From the IMG/VR virus record IMGVR_UViG_3300031758_000005: DNA of 64,000 nucleotides; one strand, written 5' to 3'. Positions 54,011 to 62,375 of the stretch are shown here, one piece after another. The stretch is from a virus. Lineage: Duplodnaviria; Heunggongvirae; Uroviricota; Caudoviricetes. The position numbers and the translations under genes were made by a program. The notes beneath the pieces are model-generated. The model was given only the letters and a program-made list of their open reading frames with translations, made no database searches and was not told the origin of the DNA. Each line of letters opens with the position of its first letter. Within the stretch, counting starts at the first letter, position 1.

Positions 54011-54352
54011 TTATTTCCACAAAACTTGTAATATAACTATTAATGCACTCAATGCAATTAGTGTTAATGTTTTAACACTTATCTTTTCATTGAAATAAAT
54101 ATGTGTCAATATTGTAAACATAACTATACCAATGCTAAATGTAAAAATTCTATTTGGCCACATTTTTCCATTAAAATATTCTGCTAGTAATTTCGTAGCA
54201 TATATTGATAACAACGTACTAGGTACACTTAACCATATCAACCACATTTCATATTTTTTATAAAATACATTAATAAATTGTCCATAAATTTGATGCCAAC
54301 CAATAATATAAACAAATACTAGTATTGACAATGCAAATAATAACTTAATCAT
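54011..54352 (-). CDS. Integral membrane protein (113 aa)
   Basis: Three or four hydrophobic helices. Confidence 0.45.
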   Translation of the reverse strand: MIKLLFALSILVFVYIIGWHQIYGQFINVFYKKYEMWLIWLSVPSTLLSIYATKLLAEYFNGKMWPNRIFTFSIGIVMFTILTHIYFNEKISVKTLTLIALSALIVILQVLWK

Positions 54353-54543
54353 TTTTTTCTCAATATCGTACTATGTTTATTAACAACTTCTTTGCAAACA
54401 ATACTACCTTTACTTAGTTTAGCATAAAAGTTATCATATATATGAACTAAATCAGCAACTTCAATCTTGATACCCTCTTTTAACTTGGTATACTTTTTGA
54501 TATCTGATTCAGTTAATTCAACTACATTATCAGCGCTCTTCAT
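54349..54543 (-). CDS. Hypothetical protein (64 aa)
   Basis: ORF. Confidence 0.4.
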   Translation of the reverse strand: MKSADNVVELTESDIKKYTKLKEGIKIEVADLVHIYDNFYAKLSKGSIVCKEVVNKHSTILRKK

Positions 54544-54920
54544 ACAGATTTATTATAGGACTCTATATAAGATTCTATGTTGAGTTTTCCTACGGGATTC
54601 ATAGAGTGTACCATATAAGGCGGATGTTTAACACCCTTGTTCATACAATATTCCACAAGCCATTTTGCACAATCATATCCAGTCTTTTCATTGTATGAAT
54701 CATATGGAATATCATCACCACTCAACCCATGACCATAGTGGCAGTCTGATAAATCGTGATCATAAGTTACAAACTTAGGAAGACCACGCAGTGTAATTAT
54801 ATTAACAAACTCTTGATAATTTCTTACCACAGAGTAATGTTGATCTTTTGGAATATTAACCCAAGTGACATTCGTTGGAATGCGGTTGTCATCGAGAAAT
54901 AAATTATAGTTGGTTATCAT
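54540..54920 (-). CDS. Hypothetical protein (126 aa)
   Basis: ORF. Confidence 0.45.
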   Translation of the reverse strand: MITNYNLFLDDNRIPTNVTWVNIPKDQHYSVVRNYQEFVNIITLRGLPKFVTYDHDLSDCHYGHGLSGDDIPYDSYNEKTGYDCAKWLVEYCMNKGVKHPPYMVHSMNPVGKLNIESYIESYNKSV

Positions 54921-55110
54921 ATTTTTTAAGTGATTCTTTTAGTGTTTTTAATGCACTTTCTGTACAAGTCCAAATTACATCTGCTTTATGTTTCTTACGA
55001 TACTTATTTGCTTCAGCTAATGATGCGTCTTCACTGAGACATTCGCCTAATGAATCAACACATAGATTGTTGTTTTGATCTAAAATAATAACGTAGTAAT
55101 TTGTTTTCAT
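54904..55110 (-). CDS. Hypothetical protein (68 aa)
   Basis: ORF. Confidence 0.4.
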   Translation of the reverse strand: MKTNYYVIILDQNNNLCVDSLGECLSEDASLAEANKYRKKHKADVIWTCTESALKTLKESLKKYDNQL

Positions 55111-55292
55111 TTATTAATCTTCTTTTCCAAGTATACCACGAACTTTTTCATCGGTCTACCACTTTCAAACAAATCACCAATAAATTCTGCTTTGACTACA
55201 CGATATCCGTTTGAACCATAATCATTCATTACATTCTCAAGTTCTGAATAATCAATTACATTATGTATTTTTATTGAATATTTGTATTTCAT
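55107..55292 (-). CDS. Hypothetical protein (61 aa)
   Basis: ORF. Confidence 0.4.
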   Translation of the reverse strand: MKYKYSIKIHNVIDYSELENVMNDYGSNGYRVVKAEFIGDLFESGRPMKKFVVYLEKKINK

Positions 55293-55432
55293 TGTTTGTG
55301 CATCATCAAACCACTTAAGTTTGGCATTGTATAACCTTGTTTAATTAGCTCACGGGTATCTTTGACAATTTTATCAAAGTAAGCCAACTTCATCTTGATT
55401 TCTTCACGTTCTTTTTTTGTAAGCTTCTTCAT
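55289..55432 (-). CDS. Possible small protein (47 aa), not in the ORF track
   Basis: MKKLTKKEREEIKMKLAYFDKIVKDTRELIKQGYTMPNLSGLMMHKQ. ATGA stop/start overlap with the downstream gene. Confidence 0.3.
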   Translation of the reverse strand: MKKLTKKEREEIKMKLAYFDKIVKDTRELIKQGYTMPNLSGLMMHKQ

Positions 55433-55532
55433 ATAGTAATAATACTATCGTTAGTGATAAAACACAAGATTTATTTTTCACACCGTGTCACATTTTATTT
55501 CATTTTTTAAAAATGATTAATATTTATTATAT

Positions 55533-56213
55533 ATGAAAATAATATCTGGAATTTATAAACTCACATCACCGTCCGGAAAATGTTATATTGGTCAAAGTAA
55601 AAATATATATCAAAGATTTCGTGATCACAAAAGAGCTAATAAACATAAACATTGCAAGTTATATGTTGCAATTAAAAAATACGGATACGAAAATTTTAAA
55701 AAAGAAATAATAGAAGAATGTAACAAAGAAATTTTAGATAAAAAAGAACAATATTGGATTAAATATCACAACTCCGTTGATAACGGATATAATTGTGATT
55801 ATGGTGGACAAATTCATAAAGAATTTGGAAAAGAACATAGAGAAAAATTACGTGCAGCATTTTTAGGAAAGTATAATGGCAACCAAAATATTGAATTTTA
55901 CATAGATAACATTTTGTATAAATCAATTGGTGATGCTAGTAAAAAATTAAATATACCCCCTAAAACGATATATAATAGGTTAAATTCTAAAAACATAGAA
56001 TTTGATAATTATAAATATAAAGATGTAAATTTAATACCAACCAGAAGTATTAGAAAATACGCATCACAACCTTTTATTATTGATGGTATAAAATATACCA
56101 CTATAAAAGAAGCGTCTGAAGTATTAAATATACCATCATCAATATTGAGAAGAAAATTAAAATCTGGTAAATTGTCAAATTCATCATATATTACACCGCA
56201 ACATCCGCTTTAA
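55533..56213 (+). CDS. Free-standing GIY-YIG homing endonuclease with C-terminal HTH (NUMOD-like) DNA-binding repeats
   Basis: GIYKLTSPSGKCYIGQS...R...H...YWIKYHNSVDNGYNCDYGG GIY-YIG core. Two C-terminal repeats (YKSIGDASKKLNIPPKTIYNRL and YTTIKEASEVLNIPSSILRRKL). Convergent 23-nt overlap with thyA. Confidence 0.8.
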   Translation: MKIISGIYKLTSPSGKCYIGQSKNIYQRFRDHKRANKHKHCKLYVAIKKYGYENFKKEIIEECNKEILDKKEQYWIKYHNSVDNGYNCDYGGQIHKEFGKEHREKLRAAFLGKYNGNQNIEFYIDNILYKSIGDASKKLNIPPKTIYNRLNSKNIEFDNYKYKDVNLIPTRSIRKYASQPFIIDGIKYTTIKEASEVLNIPSSILRRKLKSGKLSNSSYITPQHPL

Positions 56214-57342
56214 TTGTTGGGTGTGATTGATAATCTATTAACTTAATATCATCATATTTAAAATCAAATAATGATTTTATTTCAGGATTCAACCACAATT
56301 TTGGTAACTTCATTGGTTCTCTTGACATTTGTAGTTTAATTTGATCCAAATGGTTCGTATACAAATGTGCGTCACCGATTGAGTATGTCAATGTACCAGT
56401 AGCCATATTGCTTACATGCGACATCATTGCTACCATCAGTGCATATGATGCTATATTAAATGGCTTCCCAAGAAAAATATCATTTGATCTGATTGTCATC
56501 ATTAAATTCAAACGACGGGTTGGAATATTAGCGTCATTTAATACTTTTTCATTCATTTCAGGCACAGATACCCATCCTTTATTTCCTCCTGATTTTCTGT
56601 ATAAATCAAATCGTTCTTCCAGTGTCAATTCTTCTGTATTAAAAATTAGAAAACAATGACAGGGCGGTAAGGCGCAATGATCTACCCAATGTGGATGCCA
56701 TGCTGATACGATCATACGACGATCATCTGGATTGGTTTTTAGCTTGTCAATTACTTTTTGTAGTTGATCTATTCTACCAAAAAACCACGATTCGGCATAA
56801 TCACCTTTTGTTCCACTCACAGTACCTTTGGGACAAGTGCTTGCATCATTATCATTCACGGTGGTATAAAACGGAAAATTTCTCCACATTCCGCCATACG
56901 TTCCTTCACCTAATTCACCCCATAAAAGTGCAAAATTTGGGTCATCTTTAATTTCTTGAATGAAACGCTCTTGAGTCCAAGAAGACCGCCACCGATTCCC
57001 ACCCAAATCGCCATACGGATTTGCTTCATAGGTTTCTTCAGGATGAGATTTGCAAAAATCAATATAGCGTTTATATGCCCACTCATTCCAGATTCTAACG
57101 TTATTGTCAACCAGATACTTGATATTTGTATCACCACTAATGAACCACAGCAATTCGTGAACAATAGCTGGCCAATGAACTTTCTTTGTGGTTAATAGAG
57201 GAAATGCATTTAGATCCACATTGTATTTGGCTTGAGCACCAAAAATGCCAATGGTATCTACCCCAGTTCTGTTCTTTTTAAGTTTTCCGTTTGTCAAAAT
57301 ATCATTGACAATTCTGAAATATTCTGTGTCTACTTTGTTCAT
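56191..57342 (-). CDS. thyA: Thymidylate synthase (ThyA) carrying unusual insertions
   Basis: DRTG...FPLLTTKKV...IVHELLWFISGDTNIKYL, NDPDDRRMIVSAWHP, ALPPCH (catalytic Cys), FLGKPFNIASYAL (Asn conserved, pointing to dUMP specificity), GDAHLYTNH, REP..LP, HP.IKA.VAV. 383 aa versus ~265-320 aa typical. Confidence 0.9.
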   Translation of the reverse strand: MNKVDTEYFRIVNDILTNGKLKKNRTGVDTIGIFGAQAKYNVDLNAFPLLTTKKVHWPAIVHELLWFISGDTNIKYLVDNNVRIWNEWAYKRYIDFCKSHPEETYEANPYGDLGGNRWRSSWTQERFIQEIKDDPNFALLWGELGEGTYGGMWRNFPFYTTVNDNDASTCPKGTVSGTKGDYAESWFFGRIDQLQKVIDKLKTNPDDRRMIVSAWHPHWVDHCALPPCHCFLIFNTEELTLEERFDLYRKSGGNKGWVSVPEMNEKVLNDANIPTRRLNLMMTIRSNDIFLGKPFNIASYALMVAMMSHVSNMATGTLTYSIGDAHLYTNHLDQIKLQMSREPMKLPKLWLNPEIKSLFDFKYDDIKLIDYQSHPTIKADVAV

Positions 57343-57343
57343 A

Positions 57344-57835
57344 TTATTTAGTATACATTATAACTTTGTGTAGGTCAAATTCTTTTACAACTTCTTTATG
57401 TGTAAACGTATGTTCAAACTCAGGCATAAATGTATCACCATCATAATTACCATTTATATGCGTAACATAGAACTCCTTAATGTATGGTAACAACTTAATA
57501 TAAGTTTTAGCACCACCAGCAACAATCAAATAGTCTTTTCTAAATTGACTATATGATTCAAAATCTGTCATTGTAATCAGTTGACCAGTCATAGAGTTAT
57601 TGTTTACCAGATATTGATTTGGATTTGCAGCCATTATTTTGTCTTCTTTGACTAGTACAAGACATTCTCTATTTTTTAGAAGTGGTAGTGTATCAAATGT
57701 ATTTTTACCTACCACAATAGTATTACCAACGGTAAATTCTTTAAAGTGCTTAAAATCCTCTTTTATAGATGGCCAGGGTAATCCACCATTTTTGCCTATA
57801 ACCCTATTTTGTGCCATTGCAAGTATTGCTTTCAT
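57344..57835 (-). CDS. Dihydrofolate reductase
   Basis: MKAILAMAQNRVIGKNGGLPW, VVGKNTF, LIVAGGAKTY, THINGNYDGDTFMP DHFR signature. Its stop abuts the thyA start. Confidence 0.85.
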   Translation of the reverse strand: MKAILAMAQNRVIGKNGGLPWPSIKEDFKHFKEFTVGNTIVVGKNTFDTLPLLKNRECLVLVKEDKIMAANPNQYLVNNNSMTGQLITMTDFESYSQFRKDYLIVAGGAKTYIKLLPYIKEFYVTHINGNYDGDTFMPEFEHTFTHKEVVKEFDLHKVIMYTK

Positions 57836-58269
57836 TGTATATAATTTAAAATTAGTTTGATTGATTGTTCAATAGAATTTTTATCGGTGTCAATATCAAG
57901 ATAGTTATTTAATGGCGGTTCATAATAATCCACCATCTTACCCTCCCTTAATCTGTTACTATGTAGATATACTTCTTTTACAATATGTGTAGAATCATTT
58001 TTTAATGAGTCTCTTAAATTTCTGAACGGAGATACTAACGACATTATTGTGTAATTATATAATTTGTTGCTAGTTTTTGCCATTTCTATAGCTAATCTCA
58101 CATTACTTTTTCTGCCACTAATACTATAGTCTTTATTGTTACTAATACTACGTAACGTATCCCCATCAATAGTTACAGCTGTACGATTTGTTTTTGTTAA
58201 AAGTGTTTCTAATGTTAACGCCAATGTGGTTTTACCACTATTTGGTTGACCTGTTAATATAATAATCAT
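57832..58269 (-). CDS. Adenylylsulfate (APS) kinase-like P-loop kinase
   Basis: P-loop ILTGQPNSGKTTLA. IDGDTLRS resembles LDGDNVR. GRKSNVRLAIEMAK resembles DRxENIRRxAEVAK. LVSPFRNLRD resembles ISPYRxDRD. C-terminal YYEPPLNNYLDIDTD resembles YExPxxPELxLDT. Confidence 0.6.
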   Translation of the reverse strand: MIIILTGQPNSGKTTLALTLETLLTKTNRTAVTIDGDTLRSISNNKDYSISGRKSNVRLAIEMAKTSNKLYNYTIMSLVSPFRNLRDSLKNDSTHIVKEVYLHSNRLREGKMVDYYEPPLNNYLDIDTDKNSIEQSIKLILNYIQ

Positions 58270-58913
58270 AACAATATTTTCTTTTCGTGTTTTACCACAA
58301 CTTCAGGATGTACCCAAACATCAATACCACATTCTTTTACCAAATGACAAAAGCTTACGTCTTCCATTGTAAACTCCGTAACATTGCCAAATTGTTTCCA
58401 AATTGGTCTAAACCATGGATATTTCAATTTTTCAAATACACCCCGTTTTATAAGTATAAAGCCAAATCCAGTGTAGTCTACTGTAAATGGATCTTTGAAT
58501 TGTTTTAATTTATCGAAAGTTAAAAATTCAAAACTACCATACTTCTTAAAATGATCTTCGTTCCAATCTTTTACAGTAGCATAGTGCGTACCATCTTGCA
58601 TTAGATATAAACCAGATGCAATATCTTTCTTTATATTGAATAGCTTAATGAAGTCATCCACTTTGAACATATTGTCACTATCAATCCAAAGTATATAATC
58701 ATATTCGATTCTACCTTGCCATGGCTTTTGATTTTCTCCAGCATTAGAATCACCACCCAAACACATATTACGTACATAATAGATGTTACACGATTCTCTA
58801 CGAGAAAGTATAGGAGTTATTTTGTTATGAATACACCAATTATAAAATGGTATAAAACTATCTAACCACTGACCAGAGAAATTATTGCCGGGTAAACAAA
58901 TTATTAATCTCAT
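58266..58913 (-). CDS. GT-A fold glycosyltransferase (DxD-type)
   Basis: ILWIDSDNMF DxD-like motif. Paralogous pattern with the next gene (SGLY...GFxLxKxxVF). Confidence 0.55.
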   Translation of the reverse strand: MRLIICLPGNNFSGQWLDSFIPFYNWCIHNKITPILSRRESCNIYYVRNMCLGGDSNAGENQKPWQGRIEYDYILWIDSDNMFKVDDFIKLFNIKKDIASGLYLMQDGTHYATVKDWNEDHFKKYGSFEFLTFDKLKQFKDPFTVDYTGFGFILIKRGVFEKLKYPWFRPIWKQFGNVTEFTMEDVSFCHLVKECGIDVWVHPEVVVKHEKKILL

Positions 58914-59659
58914 GATTTAAAAAACAAATTGTTTTGTACAAACAAGTTACCTTTATAACCTTTCCAACCATAGTGAGTCAAGTTACAAGTGGTATCTACA
59001 TATATCTTACCACCGATACTTCTATAAAGATTACAAAAGCCATAATCTTCACTTTCATATTTCTTTGTCTTTTCATTTATTTTACATGGAAAGAAATCAT
59101 AGAACTTATCCCCATATCCCATATACCCATCAATGTCATTCTTATATGCTATATTAGGCATTTCTCTAGAAATTTGATTGAAGACACGTTTCTTGAATAA
59201 CATGAATCCAGTAGCAGCATAATTTACTTCTTCAATGTTTTTCATTTCGGGATTGAGTTTAATTTCTGTAGCAAAGTCGGTACATAGTTCTTCGTAATTA
59301 TCACCGATCATTTCTGGTCCTTGTTTTGCTAACAACTTTACTTTAGACGAATTAATATACTTCTTGGGATATAAACCTGAAATAACATCTTTATCAGCCT
59401 TTAACAATGAAAAGAAACTCTCGGGTTCAAATGATATATCACTATCAATGAACATCATATAATCACAATCCGGTTGATTTAGAAAATTAGCAGCTGCAGC
59501 ATTTCTAGCTCTAGCAATCAAACTTTCAAAGTATATACAATCCAAACTAAATGATATACCCCTACGTTGTCCCTCAAATATCAACTTCATCACACTAAAC
59601 ATAAAGTGTGATAGTACAGTATGATTATAACAAATCACAGGCAAATAAACTTTGGTCAT
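58910..59659 (-). CDS. GT-A fold glycosyltransferase (family-2-like)
   Basis: YMMFIDSDISFEPESF DxD motif. ATGFMLFKKRVF C-terminal motif. Confidence 0.55.
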   Translation of the reverse strand: MTKVYLPVICYNHTVLSHFMFSVMKLIFEGQRRGISFSLDCIYFESLIARARNAAAANFLNQPDCDYMMFIDSDISFEPESFFSLLKADKDVISGLYPKKYINSSKVKLLAKQGPEMIGDNYEELCTDFATEIKLNPEMKNIEEVNYAATGFMLFKKRVFNQISREMPNIAYKNDIDGYMGYGDKFYDFFPCKINEKTKKYESEDYGFCNLYRSIGGKIYVDTTCNLTHYGWKGYKGNLFVQNNLFFKS

Positions 59660-59892
59660 AGTATGATCTTTTCCTTCTCAAAATATTCAGTAACTTCATC
59701 ATTCCAAGGCTTGTTGATGTCATCTAACTTATTAGCAATAGAACGCATTATATGTGACGGCCAGCAACCATCATTACTTGGCCAGAAATAATAATAACCA
59801 TCAACATCCATAATAAGTTCACCAACTAAATGATTATTCGGAGTCAGTACGTGGAACTTCTGGTTGTTGATCTGTTTGTAAATTAGATTCAT
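59656..59892 (-). CDS. Hypothetical protein (78 aa)
   Basis: ORF. Confidence 0.4.
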   Translation of the reverse strand: MNLIYKQINNQKFHVLTPNNHLVGELIMDVDGYYYFWPSNDGCWPSHIMRSIANKLDDINKPWNDEVTEYFEKEKIIL

Positions 59893-60334
59893 TTTTTTCT
59901 AAAACAATATTTGTAGTACCCTCGTAATTTACCCCACCAATAACATTAATAATAAATTTGTTGGTGATGGTTCCCTCCAAGTTACTAGTAACAATATAAC
60001 TCTCTTGTACGCTTCCGTCAAGAAAAAACACAATTTTGGTAGAACTTGATTCAAGTATCTTCAAGTCATTTGTAACAGCATCCATCAAATAAACATCATC
60101 AAATGAACTATACATATTATAGTTTTCATCAAACGTAAGTTCAAACTCACGTTGTTGAAATGCTGCTTGATGTTTGAGATTAATCAATAGTGTCTTTAAG
60201 TTTTCTCTAGCTTCAAAATATCTATTGTTACCAACTAGACTATCATAGTTGATAACAATTGCACCAATAATACCAAGCAATATGGTTATGGCTAATACTA
60301 ACTCTATTAGTGTAAATGCTTTATTGTTTTTCAC
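59834..60334 (-). CDS. Type IV pilin / pseudopilin-like protein with a prepilin N-terminal cleavage-methylation motif
   Basis: MKNNKAFTLIELVLAITILLGIIGAIV: class-III signal (K-A|FTLIEL with Glu at +5) followed by a hydrophobic helix. Confidence 0.5.
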   Translation of the reverse strand: MKNNKAFTLIELVLAITILLGIIGAIVINYDSLVGNNRYFEARENLKTLLINLKHQAAFQQREFELTFDENYNMYSSFDDVYLMDAVTNDLKILESSSTKIVFFLDGSVQESYIVTSNLEGTITNKFIINVIGGVNYEGTTNIVLEKNESNLQTDQQPEVPRTDSE

Positions 60335-60578
60335 GAATTAGTTTTAATTTTTGTTGACGGGTCAATTGTTTGATTTGATACTCCCTCTTCATTGCTTCAC
60401 TTTTACTATTAAAACATTCGGTATATACTAATCTAACTGGTAATCGTGTCTTAGTATATTTAGCACCACACCCTCTAGAATGATCACTAACTCGTTTTTC
60501 AACATTATTAGAGTAACCACAATAGAGGGTGTTGTCCCCACAAATAACTATATAGCAACAATGATTCTTAACTATCAC
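60321..60578 (-). CDS. Small GIY-YIG (URI-domain, COG2827-type) nuclease
   Basis: CYIVICGDNTLYCGYSNNVEKRVSDHSRGCGAKYTKTRLPVRLVYTECFNSKSEAMKREYQIKQL matches the GIY-YIG, R, H, E, N arrangement of UPF0213-type proteins. Confidence 0.8.
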   Translation of the reverse strand: MIVKNHCCYIVICGDNTLYCGYSNNVEKRVSDHSRGCGAKYTKTRLPVRLVYTECFNSKSEAMKREYQIKQLTRQQKLKLIREKQ

Positions 60579-60957
60579 ATCGTATATCTAATTTCGCTGT
60601 AGGAGTATAAGTGCCCAATCCAATATTGCCATTTGAAGCAATGGTCAATCGTGATTCTACACCATAATATCCAAATGAATTTGTTTCTGCTTTAACTACA
60701 GCTGGTTTATTTAGTGGCGAACAAATATTGATTGAAATATTCTCACTATTATTAACTAGGATTTCAAAGTTATCACTATCTCTGAATTGCATTACACAAG
60801 TAGCACCATCACTACGAGTAAATACAAGTTTTTCACAAGTTAATACTTTTTCAGACGAAGAAGCTGGTTCTGATGCTTTAACAGTTGAACCAGCAACAAC
60901 ACCTGCGATTCCTCCAAATAGGGTGGAGAAAAACCCTTTACGATTTAGTTTTTCCAT
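60568..60957 (-). CDS. Secreted hypothetical protein
   Basis: N-terminal signal-like MEKLNRKGFFSTLFGGIAGVVAGSTVKA. Confidence 0.45.
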   Translation of the reverse strand: MEKLNRKGFFSTLFGGIAGVVAGSTVKASEPASSSEKVLTCEKLVFTRSDGATCVMQFRDSDNFEILVNNSENISINICSPLNKPAVVKAETNSFGYYGVESRLTIASNGNIGLGTYTPTAKLDIRCDS

Positions 60958-60997
60958 ATAATATACTATATCATAGTATGGATACTAAATCAATATT

Positions 60998-61315
60998 TTA
61001 TTTCTTAAATAGTTCTTTGATACTAACTCCGTGTTTGTTGTCTTTGAAAGACCAAATGGATGGTTTCTTTTTTAGATATAGATCTTGATTAGCATACAAC
61101 TCTTTTACACAATTATCTGTTTTAACGATGACCACTTTGTGTTTACCATCTGCGTCTAGTTGGTTTTTGAATTGAACTAAATGACCGTCTGACCAAGCCA
61201 TTTGTTGTTTACATACAATACAAGTTCTACCAGACTTTTTCTTGGCAAAGATACTTGCATTTGCATTTGTTGCGGTTAATACTAATAGTCCAACAATTAA
61301 TAATACTTTATTCAT
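60998..61315 (-). CDS. Secreted hypothetical protein
   Basis: Signal peptide MNKVLLIVGLLVLTATNANA. Confidence 0.45.
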   Translation of the reverse strand: MNKVLLIVGLLVLTATNANASIFAKKKSGRTCIVCKQQMAWSDGHLVQFKNQLDADGKHKVVIVKTDNCVKELYANQDLYLKKKPSIWSFKDNKHGVSIKELFKK

Positions 61316-61349
61316 AATAACTCAAAGATAACATATATCGAATACAATG

Positions 61350-62375
61350 TCAACGTATATAATAAAGAACACGTTGCAAAACATATTGATAGGTATCAAA
61401 CCATTTTTTATTACCCAACTGATATTTTGGTATCTTACTCAAGTCAATTGATTCACTATAAATTGCATATGAACTTAAATAAGCATCATTACAATTGGCG
61501 TGTTGTTCATAATGATTAGGCATTGGTATCATCAACAATGGTTTGTTTTGATATATAGCTTCAGCACTTGTTTCAAATCCACCACTACATACTACTGCCT
61601 TACATACCTTCATCTTTTCTTGAAATAGTTTACCATCAAGATTAAATAATTTTAAATTTGGTAGTTCATCATATTGTTTGGTTAATTTGGTAAAACAATG
61701 AATATTGATATCTGGATATTTTTTTGCTTGATTAATCAATTGCGGTAACATATCTTCATTCATTAGATATACCAACACAAAGTCTTCTTGTTTGTGTGAT
61801 ACACTATAACTTTCACTTCTTAATATTGGAGGACTTGCAATCATAACATCATCATTAAATTCATAATAACTTAATGCTACGATTTTGGATCTGATACTAG
61901 TGATTTTGTTTATGATATTTAAAAATAACTTTTGTACAGGATATCCATTGATTCGTGGATATATAATAGAATCCATTGCGTATTGATGTCCAAAGCTTAC
62001 ATACTTTATGTTTTTAAAGAATAATGCGGTTAGACCTACCAGTGGTTCATAATAGTTGAATATAGCATCTGGTTTTTCTTTTTGGATGATGCTACAGATT
62101 TTAATGAATGATACAATTAAGCGTGGTAATTCAAATGTGTTGTTCAATATGGTTTTCCAGATAACAACTCTACCTACACTATCAAATACAAAATCAAATC
62201 CATCATAGTCTACTACGTTAAATTCGTCTGTAAAATATTTAGATAACCCCCGTTTCTTTTTAGCTGCAAAAGCAGTTGTTACCTCAATGCCTTGCGATTG
62301 TAGATATTGTTTGGTTGCTATAGCTTGTGTAATGTGTCCATTACCTTCAGTTTGAACTCCGAATAATATCTTCAT
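61350..62375 (-). CDS. GT-B fold glycosyltransferase (MurG / family-28-like)
   Basis: N-terminal GVQTEGNGH resembles GGTGGH. C-terminal CSGGFETSAEAIYQNKPLLMIPMPNHYEQHANCN resembles the MurG C-terminal donor-binding region. Confidence 0.6.
   Translation of the reverse strand: MKILFGVQTEGNGHITQAIATKQYLQSQGIEVTTAFAAKKKRGLSKYFTDEFNVVDYDGFDFVFDSVGRVVIWKTILNNTFELPRLIVSFIKICSIIQKEKPDAIFNYYEPLVGLTALFFKNIKYVSFGHQYAMDSIIYPRINGYPVQKLFLNIINKITSIRSKIVALSYYEFNDDVMIASPPILRSESYSVSHKQEDFVLVYLMNEDMLPQLINQAKKYPDINIHCFTKLTKQYDELPNLKLFNLDGKLFQEKMKVCKAVVCSGGFETSAEAIYQNKPLLMIPMPNHYEQHANCNDAYLSSYAIYSESIDLSKIPKYQLGNKKWFDTYQYVLQRVLYYIR

Noticed and set aside
56191-57342. Could the ThyA homolog be a dCMP or dUMP hydroxymethylase, implying hypermodified DNA?
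   Set aside because: The substrate-specifying Asn in PFNIASY is conserved, where a dCMP hydroxymethylase would have Asp. A DHFR gene is translationally coupled upstream, as expected for DHF-producing ThyA. The insertions are noted separately.
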